Shown here: positions 30,445 through 32,054 of the stretch, one piece after another | Layout of the letters: each line of letters opens with the position of its first letter | How positions within the stretch are numbered: position 1 is the first letter of the stretch | Source of the DNA: an uncultured Candidatus Peribacteria bacterium | Lineage (GTDB): Bacteria > Patescibacteriota > Gracilibacteria > UBA4473 | DNA length: 32,054 nucleotides | Assembly: GCA_964567875.1 (NCBI GenBank) | Contig: CAZMOH010000001.1 | Span: forward strand, 1-32,054 | Direction: 5' to 3' | Notes under the pieces: generated by a model | What the model saw: the letters and a program-made list of their open reading frames with translations, nothing else | The model's database searches: none | Told to the model about the DNA's origin: nothing | Position numbers and translations under genes: made by a program

Positions 30445-32054
30445 ATGTTGAGAACTCATACCTGTGGCGAACTGACAGCCAAAAATATTGGTGAAGAAGT
30501 TGTTTTAACTGGTTGGATGCATCGTCGCCGAGATTTAGGAGGACTGATTTTCTTTGATTTACGAGACAGATATGGATTAACCCAAATTATCGTTGATCCA
30601 AAAATGACCGAAGCGCACGGTGTGGCAGAAAAAATTCGAGCGGAGTTTGTGCTAAAAATTCGCGGAAAAGTGCAGGCGAGAGCGGAAGGACAAGCGAATA
30701 AAGAGATGGACACTGGAGAAATTGAAATTTTCGCGGAATCTTTGGAAATTATTAACGAAGCCCAAACTCCTCCGTTTGAAATTTCCTCGGAAACAGAAGT
30801 TAAAAATGAAGATTTGCGGTTGCAATATCGTTATCTAGATTTACGACGCGAAAAAATGCAAAAAAATCTTCTTTTGCGAAACAATATGACTAACACCATT
30901 CGCAATTATTTTCATCGCGAAAACTTTATTGATGTGGAAACACCAATTATGGTTAAAGGAACTCCCGAAGGATCCCGCGAATATTTAGTTCCTTCTCGTT
31001 TGCACCCGGGGAAATTTTATGTTTTACCGCAATCTCCACAACAATTAAAACAACTTTTGATGGTTGGTGGACTGGATAAATATTTTCAGATTGCGCGTTG
31101 TTTTCGTGATGAAGATTTACGCGGAGATCGTCAGCCGGAATTTACACAATTTGAGATTGAGGCAAGTTTTGTCGAACAGGACGATGTGATTGACTATATT
31201 GAACGCTGTTTTGTGGATTTAAATGAGAATCACGCCAAAGATAAGGAGTGGAAAAAGTTTTTAGTTGATGGAAAATTTCGTCGGCTAACCTGGCTTGAGG
31301 CGATGACTAAATATGGAAGTGATAAGCCAGATCTGCGATTTGGATTAGAGTTAACTGATATTACAGAAATTTCGCGGGATTCTGGATTTGGAGTTTTTGA
31401 TAATTCAGAACGGGTTTTTGCCTTAGTGGTAAAAAAGGAACTTGGAGAATTCTCGCGAAAAAAAATAGATGAATTAGAAAAAGTAGCTAAACAAAACGGA
31501 GCACGCGGACTAGCTTGGTGGCGGGTTGGTGAAGAAACTGGAGCGGTTGGAAAAAACACAACTGCTAAATTCCGCGAAATTTTAACCGACAAAGTTGGCG
31601 CTAATTCTGGTGATATAATTTTCTTTGGAGCGGGAGATTTTATTTCTGCGACAGAGCCACTGGGAGCTGTTCGTTCGCAACTCGGAGCTGATTTAGGATT
31701 AAAAAATTCGCGGGATTTTGCTTATTGTTGGGTAGTTGATTTTCCACTTTTTGAAAAAAAAGATGACGGCACAATTGCTTCAGCTCATCATCCTTTTACG
31801 GCCGTCCATCCTGATGATGAAAGAATGTTGAAAACTGAACCAATGAAATGTCGGGCTTTAGCTTACGATATAGTTTTAAATGGAGTGGAATTAGGTGGTG
31901 GATCAATCAGAATCCATAATCCAAAACTACAAAAAGAAATTTTTGAAATTCTAGGAATGACCGAAGAAGAAATCTCGCGAAAATTTGGTCATCTCCTTAA
32001 AGCTTTTGAATACGGCTGTCCGCCCCACGGCGGTTGTGCGATGGGATTAGATCG
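30445..32054 (+). CDS. aspS: Aspartyl-tRNA synthetase (5' part; runs off the window end)
   Basis: My own translation is MLRTHTCGELTAKNIGEEVVLTGWMHRRRDLGGLIFFDLRDRYGLTQIIVDP... It contains class II motifs (FYVLPQSPQQ, ...RCFRDEDLRGDRQPEFTQFE, ...GGGSIRIHN). It is absent from the ORF track because there is no stop in the window. Confidence 0.93.
   Translation, partial: MLRTHTCGELTAKNIGEEVVLTGWMHRRRDLGGLIFFDLRDRYGLTQIIVDPKMTEAHGVAEKIRAEFVLKIRGKVQARAEGQANKEMDTGEIEIFAESLEIINEAQTPPFEISSETEVKNEDLRLQYRYLDLRREKMQKNLLLRNNMTNTIRNYFHRENFIDVETPIMVKGTPEGSREYLVPSRLHPGKFYVLPQSPQQLKQLLMVGGLDKYFQIARCFRDEDLRGDRQPEFTQFEIEASFVEQDDVIDYIERCFVDLNENHAKDKEWKKFLVDGKFRRLTWLEAMTKYGSDKPDLRFGLELTDITEISRDSGFGVFDNSERVFALVVKKELGEFSRKKIDELEKVAKQNGARGLAWWRVGEETGAVGKNTTAKFREILTDKVGANSGDIIFFGAGDFISATEPLGAVRSQLGADLGLKNSRDFAYCWVVDFPLFEKKDDGTIASAHHPFTAVHPDDERMLKTEPMKCRALAYDIVLNGVELGGGSIRIHNPKLQKEIFEILGMTEEEISRKFGHLLKAFEYGCPPHGGCAMGLD

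Noticed and set aside
30456-31592. Minus-strand ORFs 30456..30713 and 31230..31592
   Set aside because: They are antisense to the unmistakable aspS reading frame, which the ORF track omits because it runs off the window.
1-32054. The recurring 18-bp word as a CRISPR array or arrays
   Set aside because: Spacing is irregular (tens to hundreds of bp), both orientations are interspersed, and copies lie inside conserved housekeeping genes. The unit is shorter than CRISPR repeats, and no cas genes are present.
1-32054. The word as a MITE/REP-type mobile element
   Set aside because: Conservation does not extend beyond about 18 bp, apart from one 24-bp pair around nusA. There are no terminal inverted repeats or target-site duplications, and copies are in-frame parts of essential genes.
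1-32054. The word as a classical intrinsic terminator
   Set aside because: The only self-complementarity is AAAAT/ATTTT around an 8-nt centre. There is no GC-rich stem, and most copies are intragenic.
1-32054. The word as a Chi- or KOPS-like polar sequence
   Set aside because: My hand tally gives roughly equal numbers in both orientations, with no switch across the window. A single 32-kb window cannot exclude replichore-scale polarity, so this is only tentatively rejected.
1-32054. Alternative genetic code (UGA recoded, as in Gracilibacteria/SR1)
   Set aside because: TGA terminates well-defined genes at conserved lengths (rpsQ at 3415-3417, plus 9735-9737 and 10241-10243). Conserved proteins translate cleanly under the standard code.

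Overview
AT-rich (by eye about one-third G+C), gene-dense bacterial window of housekeeping genes with short spacers. TGA is used as a stop, so the code is standard. There is essentially no Shine-Dalgarno signal; starts sit in a TAAAAATG context. The style fits a reduced Patescibacteria/CPR-like genome, but that is inference. Recognisable content: a folD C-terminal remnant, ychF, a WecA/MraY-family GT4 transferase, a stand-alone rplP-rpmC-rpsQ-rplN-rplX-rplE-rpsN-rpsH operon, hpf-like, an FdtA/WxcM-like cupin, tRNA-His, a DUF4015-like hydrolase, purH, three coupled membrane/permease genes, mscS, tRNA-Val, nusA, ruvC, pilT, an M23 peptidase with SLH domains, trmB, mutS, an untracked LysW-like zinc-ribbon ORF, pyrE, an EamA transporter, a SpoU/TrmH methyltransferase, rpmB, pth, a GGCT-like gene, a FemAB-family gene, a FecR-like repeat protein, a TrpR/YerC-like gene, an AstE/AspA-family gene, and the 5' part of aspS. 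No CRISPR array, IS element, prophage or recognisable defence operon was seen. The dominant anomaly is sequence-level. The asymmetric 18-bp word AAAATCCCGCGAAATTTT (reverse complement AAAATTTCGCGGGATTTT; core TCCCGCGAAA) is massively over-represented. By hand count there are 21 exact 18-mers, roughly 75-80 exact 8-mer cores, and about 140 copies including one-mismatch variants, or about one per 250 bp. Copies occur in both orientations, in nearly every intergenic spacer (often fused to TAA stops), and inside conserved genes in all six frames. This resembles a DNA uptake sequence but is several-fold denser. Its function is unknown.
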